Part shown: positions 35,591 to 46,725 of the stretch, in pieces
Numbering within the stretch: the first letter of the stretch is position 1
Layout: every line of letters starts with the position of its first letter
Assembly (NCBI RefSeq): GCF_006345805.1
Contig: NW_021834846.1
Location: 1-46,725, forward strand
Direction of reading: 5' to 3'
Length of the DNA: 46,725 bases
Source: Octopus sinensis
Taxonomy: Eukaryota
The notes under the pieces: model-generated
Database searches by the model: none
Told to the model about the DNA's origin: nothing
What the model saw: the letters and a program-made list of their open reading frames with translations, nothing else
Made by a program: the position numbers and the translations under genes

Positions 35591-36147
35591 ACACAATTTA
35601 TTTTCTTCAAAAGTAATAAGAAACAAGAACTGGAGAAAAGAAGGAAGACAGTTTATTAAAGGAACCCCTGGGTATTACTGGTACAGATTATATTGACCCC
35701 AGAGTGATAGTAAATATTCTGGTAGGATTTGAACATGGAACATAAAAGAGACAAATGTAAATACTGTAAGGGGATGATTCTGTATTTAGCCCAGGGTCGG
35801 AATAAATAGGGAAACTACAAGGAGAGAGAGTGAGGAAGAAAGAGAGAAAGAGAGAGAAAGTAGTTATAGATGGGATGAAAGGAAGAAGAGAGAGGATTTG
35901 AACCTGTGACGTTGAGGAAATGGAGAACGAGATGAAGTAAAGTGTCCAGTCAGGCAACAACAATAACAATTATGGTGATGATTAATTAATAAAGTAGATT
36001 ACAGTGTTATTTCAGTGCGAAAGAGAGAAGAAAGACAATGACCCCATGGTGGGATTATGACATAAATGACTGAATGAAAAAGAAACAAACATTATTGAAA
36101 ACATAAAAGAAACAGATTTGGATATTCCAGATCCAATGGGGACTTAC

Positions 36148-36302
36148 TCCCGAACTGCCTCATGCAGTGGTGTGTCTCCATTGTTGTCCACAACATTGGC
36201 ATCGATGCCATTGTGACCCAACAAAATGTCGACAATGTGCAAGTATCCCCGTGAACAGGCCACGTGCAGCGGTGTGCGACCATCTTCATTTCGAGGATTA
36301 AC
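36148..36302 (-). CDS. ANK-RING-DD gene, ankyrin exon (the ORF track shows the wrong frame)
   Basis: ctttatcag / GTAAGT, phase 0-2. VNPRNEDGRTPLHVACSRGYLHIVDILLGHNGIDANVVDNNGDTPLHEAVR. Confidence 0.92.
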
Positions 36303-36636
36303 CTGATAAAGAAAAGAATAAAAACATTAAAAATGGTGTCTGAAAGGGGAGTCGGGTGGTGAAGAATTAAAAGAAAAACTCACAGAAAAAGAGAAGAGAA
36401 GGAATGAAATTAATTAAACAGGTGGAATGATTGGGGTGGGGAGTAGGTAATGGAGATTTCTATTGTATATACACACACGTGTATACACACATACATATGT
36501 ACATATAAATATATTTATATACGCACACACAAACACACGCATATAGGATGAATGACTCAATAAATAAACACATAGAGCAGCAAAATGTGTGTGTGTATAT
36601 GTGTGTGTTCGCGTGTGTATGTTCATAGTTACATTT

Positions 36637-37120
36637 ATTCTTTTATTCTTTCATTTGTTTCAGTCATGTGACTGTGGCCATGCTGGGGCACTGTCGTTAG
36701 TCGAGCAAATCGACCCCAGTAAGCCTAGTACTTATTTTATTCATTTCTTTTGCAGAAACGCTAGTTTACGGGGACGTAAACACACCAGCATCGGTTGTCA
36801 AGCGATGTTGGGGGACAAACACAGACACACAAACACACGCACGTACACACAGACACACATAACACACACACACATACACAAACTCATATGTATATATATA
36901 TATATGTACACACACACACACATATATAGATTTATACATATTTATATATATATACATACGACGAGCTTCTTTCAGTCTCCATCTACCAAATCCACTCACA
37001 AGGTTTGCCCAGCCTGGGGCTATAGCAGAAGACACTTGCTCATTGTGCCATGCAAAGAAAATGAACCGGGAACCATGTGGTTGGTAAGCAAGTTACTTAC
37101 CACACAGCCACACCTGCGCC
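36637..37120 (-). mobile_element. SINE, family 1
   Basis: Reverse-complement copy: CAGTCATGTGACTGTGGCCATGCTGG ... GAACCATGTGGTTGGTAAGCAAG..CTTACCACACAGCCAC. Confidence 0.85.
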
Positions 37121-37125
37121 TCTCT

Positions 37126-37168
<43 letters not shown>

Positions 37169-37186
37169 GTGTGTGTGTGTAAATAG

Positions 37187-37590
37187 ATCTTTTTTACTCT
37201 TTTGCTTGTTTCCATCATTTGACTGTGGCCATGATGGAGCACCACATTTAGTTGAGGAAATTGCCACCAGGACTTATTCTTTGTAAGTCTAGTACTTATT
37301 CTATCGATCTCTTTGCCGAACCGCTAAGTTACGAGAGCGTAAGCACACCAGCATCGGTTGTCAAGCGATGGTGAGTAACAGACACGCACACTCAAACACA
37401 CAAATATATATATAAAAAAATATATATATATACATATATAGGACGGGCTTCTTCCAGTTTCCGTCTACCAAATCCACTCACAAGGCTTTGGTCGGCCCGA
37501 GGCTAAAGTACAAGACACTTGCCCAAGTGGGACTGAACCCGGAACCATGTGGTTTGTAAGCAAGCGACTTACCACACAGCCATTATTGTG

Positions 37591-37593
<3 letters not shown>
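37187..37593 (-). mobile_element. SINE, family 1
   Basis: Second reverse-complement copy: ACCAAATCCACTCACAAGGCTTTGGTCGGCCCGAGGCT ... GGGACTGAACCCGGAACCATGTGG. Confidence 0.85.
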
Positions 37594-37629
<36 letters not shown>

Positions 37630-37847
37630 ATGTTCCTCATGAAGCTTTTTAATATAAACATTTCTTAAATAAATCTTCTGAAAATCCATCCCTTTCAATG
37701 TCTTAATCAACAATTATCTCTGGAGTTGTGATTGGTTCAACTAATCAATGCTTCCGTTTTCTCAACGTAATCGTCATCGAAATCAATGATTATCATAAAA
37801 AGTAGGAAACACCAGAAAGATATGGGGGAAAATACGGGGCTCAAGAA

Positions 37848-37886
<39 letters not shown>

Positions 37887-37992
37887 GTGTATGTGTGTGT
37901 ATGTGTGTGTGGGGGGTGTGTGTGTGGGTGTGTGTGTAGGTGTGTGTACATACTCATATATACGTGTGCATACATATTATATATATAATATG

Positions 37993-38042
<50 letters not shown>

Positions 38043-38519
38043 CTAATATATATATATAATATACTTTATTTAAAGCAGCAGAAAATTCAACAAAATCTGT
38101 TACTCTGAGTTTCTCATTGCCTTCATCAGACAGTTTTTGCTATATATATATATTATATATATATATATACATACTAATATAGGATGAAGTTTTTTTTACA
38201 GAAAAATATTCCATCAAAAGATGTGGCAGCATATTAAAATAACTTTACAGTTAAATTATAAACAACTTATAAATAAGGGCTAAAGAAAAGTATTTCAATG
38301 ACAATTTGCTGATAAGAGACTTTTAAATCGTCAATTTCCACATATTATTTACTCGCTACAGAAAAAAAACACGAAGAACTGAAATCGGGAGAAGCCGGAC
38401 GATAGAATGTTTTTTAAAAAGTTCGTTATTTCTATATTGAATCAATTTCGAAATTAATCTCATAATAGATTCTTTCGTCTTCAGTAGAACATACGAAAGG
38501 ATATAAATAAGATACTTAC

Positions 38520-38565
38520 CTCACTGCCCCGAGATAGTAAGATCTCCACAGGATGAGGTTCATCA
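38520..38565 (-). CDS. ANK-RING-DD gene, 46-bp micro-exon
   Basis: ttttactctcag / GTAAGT, phase 2-0. (C)DEPHPVEILLSRGSE completes the ankyrin repeat begun in the upstream exon. Confidence 0.87.
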
Positions 38566-38631
38566 CTGAGAGTAAAAGATAGAAACATTGATTAATTTAC
38601 ATTAAATATGAAAATATTTTGGCTTTGAGAC

Positions 38632-39081
38632 GAAACATTATCGTCATCATCATCATCATCATTATCACCTGCACTATTATCATCCATATCATGCTCATCA
38701 ACATCATTACCATCATCATCATTGCCACCACCTCCATCATTGACAAAATCATCATCATCATCATCGCCATCATCATCATCGCCATCATCGCCATCATCAT
38801 CATCGCCATCATCATCATCACCATCTTCATCACCTGCACTATTATCATCAATATCATGTTCATCAACATCATTACCATCATCATCATTGCCACCACCTCC
38901 ATCATTGACATAATCATCATCATCATCATCATCAGAGCCTTCATCATCATCACCCTCATTGCCAACACCATCATCATCATTATCATCTTCGACATCTCCA
39001 ATATCATCATAATCAATATCATCATCATCATCATCATCATTATCATCATCATCATCATCATCATCATCACCATCATCATCG

Positions 39082-39117
<36 letters not shown>

Positions 39118-40005
39118 ACACCATCATCAACAGCAAGATCAACCTCATCAATATCATCATCATCATAATCATTATCATCATCATCATCATAATAATAACA
39201 TCATAATCATCATCATCATCATCGTCATCATCACGATATCATCATAATCATCGTCGTCATCATCATCTCATCAAACATCATCGACATCATCATCATCATC
39301 ATTATCATCACCATCATCATCATCATCATTATTATCAACATCTTCATCATCTTCATCATCGTCGTTATCATCATCATCATCATCATGGTCGTCATCATCA
39401 TCATTATCGTCATCATCATCATAATCATCATCATCACCATCACCATCATCATCTTCATTATCGTCGTTATCATGATCATCATCATCATAATCATCATCAT
39501 CATCAACACCATCACCTTCATCAGCTTCATCATCGTGGTTATCATCGTCATCATCATAATCATCATCATCATCGTCGTTATCATCATCATCATCATTATC
39601 ATTATCATCATCATCATCAACATCATCATAATCATCATTGTTGTTATCCTCATCATCGTCGTTATCATTATCATCAGTATAATCATAATCATCATCATCA
39701 TCGTCATCATCCCCCTCATTGCCACCACCATCGTCTTCATCATCATTCGTCGCCACTATAATCATAATCAACATCATCAGCGACATCATATAATCATCAT
39801 CATCATCATCATCACCATCATCGCCTCCATCATCAACAACATCAACAACACCATCATCATGATCGACATCATCATCATCACCACCTCCATCATTATCATC
39901 AACATCATCAACAACATCATCATGATGGTCGACATCATCAATACCGTCATCGTCATCATCATCGCCGTTATCATCATCATCATCGGGATTGTTATGATTG
40001 AATAA
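38632..40005. repeat. ~1.4-kb degenerate (ATC)n microsatellite
   Basis: Continuous ATC/CAT triplets, which generate the poly-Ile, poly-Met and poly-Asp ORFs. Confidence 0.95.
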
Positions 40006-40193
40006 TGACTAATGAATTGGATCGATGACTAAAGAGAAGCTTGTTGTTGTTGTTGTTGTTTGCTAGTCTGCTGTTGTGCTGTTGTCCCACTGCCCTTTTC
40101 TATGGCATCTTTGGATATTGAACCTGTGTCTGCAATTGCAACAAATTTACAAACAAAAACACATCTGCAGATTTTACTTGATTCTCAACTTAC

Positions 40194-40351
40194 CAAATCA
40201 CAGCCAAATGCAAAGCTGTCTCACCCCATCGGTCTTTCGCTCCGACCTGGCCTCCTGCGTCTATCAAAATGTCGATGATTCTTCTATCGGCGCCCACTTC
40301 AGAGGCCAACATTAAAGGAGTTCGTCCCAACCAATCACTAGGTTTATTAAT
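40194..40351 (-). CDS. ANK-RING-DD gene, most 5' exon found (gene incomplete at the 5' end)
   Basis: ttcattacag / GTAAGT, phase 0-2. INKPSDWLGRTPLMLASEVGADRRIIDILIDAGGQVGAKDRWGETALHLAVI. No upstream exon was found within the window. Confidence 0.9.
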
Positions 40352-40389
40352 CTGTAATGAAGAAAGTGAGGACATGTGAAATAGAGAAA

Positions 40390-43300
40390 TTCCATTTTCT
40401 CCCTCTCTCTCTCTCTTTTCTCTCTTTGTCTCTCACTCTCTTTCTCGTTTTCTTTCCTCTTTCTCTCCTTCTTTCTCTCTCTATCTCCCTCTTTCATTCC
40501 TATACTTCTCTTTCTCTCTCTCTTTCTTTCTCCTCTCTCCGTGTCTCTTTTACTCTATCTCTCTTTTCTCTCTTTGTCTCTCACTCTCTTTCTCGTTTTC
40601 TTTCCTCTTTCTCTCCTTCTTACACTCTCTATCTCCCTCTTTCATTCCTATACTTCTCTTTCTTTTCTCACTTTCTCTCTCTCTCTCTTTCTTTATCGTC
40701 TCTCCGTGTCTCTTTTACTCTCTCTCTCTCTCTCTGTTTTCTCTCTTTGTCTCTCACTCTCTTTCTCGTTTTTTCCTCCTTTCTCTCATTCTTTCTCTCT
40801 CTATCTCCCTCTTTCATTTCTATCCTTCTCTTTCTTTTCTCACTTTCTCTCTCTTTCCCCTTTTTCTCTCTCTCTTTCTTTCTCCTCTCTCCGTATCTCT
40901 TTTACTCTCTCTCTCTCTCTGTTTTCTCTTTGTCTCTCACTCTCTTTCTCGTTTTCTTTCCTCTTTCTCTCATTCTTTCTTTCTCTATCTCCCTCTTTCA
41001 TTTCTTTCCTTCTCTTTCTTTTCTCACTTTCTCTCTCTTTCTTTCTCTCTCCGTGTCTCTTTTACTCTCTCTCTCTCTTTCATTTCTCTCTTTTCCCATT
41101 TTCCTTTCCTCTCTTTCTCTCTCTCTCATTTCCTTCCCCTTTCTCTTTTTCTTTTTTCTCTTATCTTTCTCTTTATCTATTTTTCAATTTCTCTCTTTCT
41201 CTCTCCGTATCTCTCTCTCTTTCATTTCTTTCCCTTTCTATTCTTACATTCTTTCTCTCTTTTTCTTTCTCTCTTTTTCTTTCTCTTTCTCTCTTTTTCC
41301 ACTTCTCTTTCTTTATCTCTCTCTCTATTACCTTTTTTTCTTTCTTTCTCTCTCTGTCTCCTTCACTATTCCTTTTCTCTCTTTCACCCAACCTTTTTCT
41401 TTTTCGTCTCTCTTTCTCTTTAACTTTTATCTCTTTCTCTCTCTTTCTCTCTGTTCTTCTCTTTGCCTTTTCTATCTTTCTTCCTTTTTCTCTTTTACTT
41501 GTCTCTCTGTTTTTGATGTCTTTTCTCTTTTCTTTTCTCTCTCTCTCCCTTTCTTCTCTCTTTCTTCTTCTCTCACTCTCTCACAATTTCTTTTCTATTT
41601 TTCTCTCTCTGTCTCTTACTCTTTGTTCTCTCTTTCTCTCTCTTTCCTTCCGCTTTTCTCTCTCTCTTTCCTATCTTTCTTTCTCTCTCTCTATTTCCCA
41701 ATCTCTTTTCTCTCCTATATTCCCCTCTTTCCCTTTTCTCTTTCTCTCCCTCTCCTATTCTTATCTCTCACTTTCTTTTTCCCCCTTTCCCTCTTTCTTT
41801 CTCCCGCTTTCTTTTTCTCTTCTCTCCTTCTACCCCACTCTTTTACCTTTCTCTCCTGCTTTACTTTTCGCTCTTTTTCTATTCTCTCTTCATTATCTCT
41901 CCCTTTTCTTTTACCTCTTTCTCTCTTTCTATCACCCTTTTTCTCTTTCGTTCTAACTCTCTCTTTCTTTCCTATCTTCCTCTTTCTCTCTGTTATCTCT
42001 TTTCACTGGTAATTTTTCTCTTCTCTCTTCCTCTCGCTCTCTCACTTTCCTTTTCTCTATTCCTCCCTCTCCCTCTCATTCTTTCAGTCTCTTTGTCCTT
42101 TCCTTTCCCTTTTCTTTCCCTCTTTTCCTTTTCTCCCTTTAAGGGACTTACATTTTTCTTTTCTCTCCTCTCTTGCCTTCTCCTTTCTTTTCTCTCTTTC
42201 TCCCTCTTTCTTTTCTCTCATTCTCTTTATTCCTTTTACGTCTCTTTTAACCCTCTCTTTCTCATTTCTCTCTCTTTCAGTGTTTCTTTTTCCTCTTTCT
42301 TCCTCTCTCTCTCTCCCATTTTCTCTCTTTATTTCTCTCAGTACCTTTTTCTTCTCTCATCTTCCATCTTTCTCTCTTCCTCTCCCTCTTTCTCTTTTTC
42401 TATTCTCGCTCTCTTCCTCTCTGCTTCTTTTCTCTCTCTTTTTATTTCCTGGCTTTCCTTCTCTCTCATTTCCTCATTGTCTTTCTCTCTTTCTTTTTCT
42501 TTATCTCTCTACCTTTCGTCTTCTCATTCTTCCTCTCGTTTCTTTTTATCCTTCTTCCTCTCTCTCACTCTTTCATTTCTCTCCTTTTTCTCTTGTTTCT
42601 TTCTCTCTCTCTCTTTCCTTTCTCGCTCTCTCACTTTTTCCTCCTTCTTTCTCCCTCTTGTTTTCTTTTTATCCTTCTTCCTCTCTCTCACTCTTTCATT
42701 TCTCTCTTTTTAATATCGTTTCTTTTTTCTCTCTCTTTTTTTCTCGCTCTCTCGCTTTTTTCTCCTTCTTTCTCCCTCTCGTTTTCTTTTTATCCTTCTT
42801 CCTTTCACTCACTCTTTCATTTCTTTCTTTGTTCTCTTGTTTCTTTTTCTCTCTCTCTTTCCTTTCTCCTACTTTCGCCCTCTCGTTTTCTTTTTATCCA
42901 TCTTTGTCACTCTCATTCTTTCATTTCTCTCTTGCTTCCCCTAGTTTCTTTTTTCTCTCTTTCTTTTCTCGGTCTCTCACTTTTTTCTCCTTTCTTCCTC
43001 TTGTTTTCTTTTTATCCTTGTTCCTCTCTCTCACTCTTTCATTTCTCTCATTCTTCCTCTCGTTTCTGTTTCTCTCTCTTTCTTTTCTCGCTCTCTCACT
43101 TTTTTCTCCTTCTTTCTTCCTCTCGTTTTCTTTTTATTCTTCTTCCTCTCTCTCACTCTTTCATTTCTCTCTTCTTCACGTTTCTTTTTCTCTCTCTTTC
43201 TTTTCTCGCTCTCTCGCTTTTTTCTCCTTTCTTACTCTCGTTTTCTTTTTATCATTCTTTCTCTCTCTCACTCTTTCATTTCTCTCATTCTTCCTCTCGT

Positions 43301-44890
43301 TTCTTTTTCTCTCTCTTTCTTTTCTCGCTCTCTCTAATTTTTTTTCTCCTTCTTTCTCCCTCTCGTTTTTTTTATCCTTCTTCCTCTCTCTCACTCTTTC
43401 ATTTCTCTCTGTCTTCCTCTCGTTTCTTTTTCTCTCTCTTTCTTTTCTCGCTTTTATCTCCTTCTTTCTCCCTCTCGTTTTCTTTCTTTCCTTCTTCCTG
43501 TCTCTCACTCTTTCATTTCTCTCTTTCTTCCTCTCGATTCTTTTTCTCTCTCTTTCTTTTCTCGCTCTCTCTAATTTTTTTTCTCCTTCTTTCTCCCTCT
43601 CGTTTTCTTTTTATCCTTCTTCCTCTCTCTCACTCTTTCATTTCTCTTCTTCTTCCTCTCGTTTCTTTTTCTCTCTATTTCTTTTCTCGCTCTCTCGCTT
43701 TTTTCTCATTTCTCAGTTTCTTTTTCTTTTTATCCTTCTTCCTCTCTCCATTCTTTCATTTCTCTCTTTCTTCCTCTCGTTTTTATTCTCTCTCTTCCTT
43801 TTCTCACTCTCTCACATTTTTCTCCTTCCTTCTCCCTCTCGTTTTCTTTTTATCCTTCTTTTTTTCTCTCACTCTTTCATTTCTCTCTTTCTTCATCTCG
43901 TTTCTTTTTCTCTCTCTTTCTTTTCTCGCTTTTATCTCCTTTCTCCCTCTCGTTTTCTTTTTATCCTTCTTCCTCTCTCTCACTCTTTCATTTCTCTCTT
44001 TCTTCCTGTTCGTTTCCTTTTTCATTCTCTTTCTTTTCTCACTCTCAGTCTTTTTTCTCCTTCTTTCTCCCACTCCTTTTCTTTTTATCCTTCTTCCTCT
44101 CTCTCACTCTTTCATTTCTCTTTTTCTTCCTCTTGTTTCTTTTTCTCTCTCTTTCTTTTCTCGCTCTCTCGCTTTTCTCTCTTCTTTCTCCCTCTCGTTT
44201 TCTTTTTATCCTTCTTCCTCTCTCTCACCCTTTCATTTCTCTCTTTCTTCCTGTCGTTTCCTTTTTCATTCTCTTTCTTTTTTCACTCTCAGTATTTTTT
44301 CTCCTTCTTTCTCCCACTCCTTTTCTTTTTATCCTTCTTCCTCTCTCTCACTCTTTCATTTCTCTTTTTCTTCCTCTTGTTTCTTTTTCTCTCTCTTTCT
44401 TTTCTCGCTTTCTCGCTTTTCTCTCCTTCTTTCTCCCTCTCGTTTTCTTTTTATCCTTCTTCCTCTCTCTTACTCTTTCATTTCTTTCTTTCTTCCTCTC
44501 ATTTCTTTTTCTCTCTCTCTTTCTTTTCTTGCTCTCTCGCTTTTTTCTCCTTCTTCCTCCCTCTCGTTTTCTGTTGATCATTCTTCTTCTCACTCTTTCA
44601 TTTCTTTCTTTTTCTCTATCTCTTTCTTTTCTCGCTCTAGCGCTTTTTTCTCCTTCTTTTTCCCTGTCGTTTTCTTTTGATCTTTCTTCCTCTCTCTCAC
44701 TCTTTCTTTTCTCTATTTCTTCCTCTCGTTTTCTTTTTCAATCTCCTTCTCTTTATCTTTTCTCTCGTTTTTTCTCTCTCTCTTTCTCTGTTTCGTTTCT
44801 TTTTGTCTTCTCTATAGTTCTCTCTCAATTTTCCTTTCCTTTCCTCTATTCCTCTCTTCTTTTTTCTCTTTCTTTTTCTTTCTCTCTTCT
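40390..44890. repeat. ~4.5-kb CT-rich satellite with ~150-bp units (40.4-41.1 kb) and ~120-bp units (42.5-44.75 kb)
   Basis: Recurring CTCACTCTCTTTCTCGTTTTCTTTCC, then CCCTCTCGTTTTCTTTTTATCCTTCTTCCTCTCTCTCACTCTTTCATTTCTC. Confidence 0.93.
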
Positions 44891-45169
44891 ACTTGTTTCA
44901 GTCATGAGACTGCGGCCAGGCTCGGGCTCCTATCGATTTTGTCTTTTATGTGTGGTACCTTTTCTGTCTAATTAGCATAACCTACAGCTCTCTTTTGCTC
45001 CAGGGCTATGTAACAGGGATACAAATACACCAACACCGGTTTTCAATTAGCAGTTAGGGACACACACTTGCATAGATACACATGCATACACACACACACA
45101 CACACACCACATATACGAGTTCATAACACCTGTAAGGATGTGTTTTATTTATTCACCAAAGTGAATGGA

Positions 45170-46475
45170 GCCTGCAGGAAGCTCTTATATCTGTCACACT
45201 TCCGTTCATGGGCCTCGTTACAACCCGCTCCCCACGTGACTGTTCGTTCAATTATGATAATTTTCTGGGCCTTTTTAGACATCAGAACTTCATCAGGCCT
45301 CAGGGTTGTATGGATAACCTGGGGAAACTGCAATCTCTTCCCTAAGTCTACCTTCATATCCCATGGTTGAGACCCTTGCAGCAAGCTATGTATTGCTTTT
45401 GCTGGCTTTACTGGTTTCTCTCCCTCTTCAACGAACTTAATTGCGGCAGTTATCTTCCCTTGGTGATGATGTTTCTTACACCTTTACTGCTCCAGGGTGT
45501 GAGTAAGTATTTGTATCTTCCTTGAGAAAGAGTTATTCTGCACCCTGCCAGGATGTGTGCCAGAGTGCCCCTTTCCCACAAAGTCTACACAGCTGGTCTT
45601 CCCTCAAACCCTATTTGTACAGGTTTGTTGGCGTCGGGAGTGTGTCATACACAGCTCCATGCAGGAAGGAGATCTGCAAAGGTTCCAGCCTCCACAGGTC
45701 AGTCCATGTGAGCTTCCTCTTAGGGAGATCCCATTTAGTCCATGCACTCAGAGATACCAACTCCACAGCTCTTGATTTCCTTTTATCTTCCTCCTGGTAC
45801 CGCACCGCTTTCTCGGTCATATCCCGCCTCTCCTTGGTGTCTACTTTCTTCTATTGTTGGAAATAGGAAGAGCCAAGTCCCTGGTGACCCCAACATGTAG
45901 CTCCAATTATGACGCGTGGCTCCAGCATGCCTTCAGCCTGAGCGACAGCGGTGCTAGTTACCCACACCTTGTGGTAATACCTGCATGTCTGACAAGCTCG
46001 TCCTTAGAGACTCTGTACATCATTACATTACATTTTGCTACTTTAAATTCCTCCATTAAATACGACAGGGGAAGTTATAGCCTTCCAGTTCTTATGGACA
46101 GGCCTACTGAAGTGAAGCTTGGGAAACTCCTAGCAATCTTCGGAGGTATTTAGTTATCTTTCTGTCCACCCTTTCCACACTTGTCATTGGAGCATCATAC
46201 AGCGTCAGCAACCATATGAGTCTTGGGACCAGTCTGTGTTGGTAGAGCCATGCCCTGAACTTTCCTGGAAGCCCTGATCTATCAATCCTCATCAGCCACT
46301 CCTCTGCTTGCTTCACAATTTTGGTGACATTGCTTCTCTCTGACAGCGACTTGTCAAACATCTTTTCAAGGCATTTACTAGGATTTACCTCTATTGATGG
46401 AATGCTCCTTGCACTTGGAGCCTGATTTTGTTGGTTACCTTACTGCCCTCCCTGATTACCATGCTCTCCGAAATG
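45170..46475 (-). mobile_element. RLE-type non-LTR retrotransposon fragment (R2/HERO-like), truncated at both ends
   Basis: IDRSGLPGKFRAWLYQH..PRL.W.L.LY, SAWTKW.LP.RK.TW.DLWRLEP..ISFL..VYDTLPTP.NL, LRPD.V...IIIIE.TV.W...C.EAHERK (PD..D/ExK endonuclease). Confidence 0.88.
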
Positions 46476-46725
46476 CTTAGGAAGATGGTTCAATTCATGC
46501 ATAAGCTCAATGAAGAGAAAGAAAACCACTTTATGTTTGTCACTGAATCTAATACAAAGTAATTATTTGAGACTAGATATCTGTGGGAACTTCTGGATGA
46601 CACCAACTTCTGTTGAATATGTTCAAAATGTGAAAAAGTGGATACAAATGAAAGGAAACGATGGGGGAATAAAAACATAAATAAGGCAGTGCTTCGTTTT
46701 AAATTAAGTGCTTCGTTAGTACTTT

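Noticed and set aside
38597-40005. Poly-Met, poly-Ile and poly-Asp ORFs
   Set aside because: These are translations of (ATC)n in different frames, inside an intron bounded by clean splice sites.
437-44890. GA array (left) and CT array (right) as giant inverted repeats flanking the gene
   Set aside because: The unit sequences are not homologous beyond simple (CT)n words, and the right array is intronic.
40357-44975. Very long ORFs (551, 471, 765, 695 aa, etc.) rich in F/L/S, and R/E/K ORFs on the other strand
   Set aside because: C/T-dominated satellite rarely forms stop codons. They appear in several frames at once and have no domain signal.
19990-46475. The two RLE fragments look complementary (one ends where the other begins), as if a single element had been split
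   Set aside because: They overlap by several codons with different sequence (DRYKSFLQA vs RRYEKLIEEC), and they are 25 kb apart with six host exons between them.
46490-46725. Search for the next upstream ankyrin exon at the right end
   Set aside because: No ankyrin-like frame with splice sites was found in 44890-45170 or 46475-46725. Upstream exons are presumably outside the window.

Overview
AT-rich, repeat-dense animal genomic DNA. The tRNA-derived SINE families, RTE 3' ends and microsatellite load resemble octopus (coleoid cephalopod) sequence as I recall it; that host call is an inference. One intact spliced gene lies on the minus strand. I assembled 12 GT-AG coding exons by hand (40351 down to 8842; 1359 nt, 452 aa plus stop, open throughout; the 5' part is presumably outside the window). 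They encode ankyrin repeats and a RING finger resembling the Mind bomb (MIB1/2) ANK + RING1 region. Instead of further RINGs there are three 51-bp micro-exons and a C-terminal death domain. The micro-exons and the first death-domain exon sit in four homologous intron-exon modules, i.e. tandem exon duplication. The rest is satellite DNA (171-bp, GA-rich ~120-bp, (ATC)n, CT-rich) and transposon remnants: CR1-like x2, RTE x3, R2/HERO-like x2, Helitrons, an IR/DR Tc1, a Sola2-like transposase and SINEs. Two unexplained fold-back elements lie in one intron. Most long ORFs in the supplied track are low-complexity artefacts. No database searches were run, and identities are by-eye estimates.
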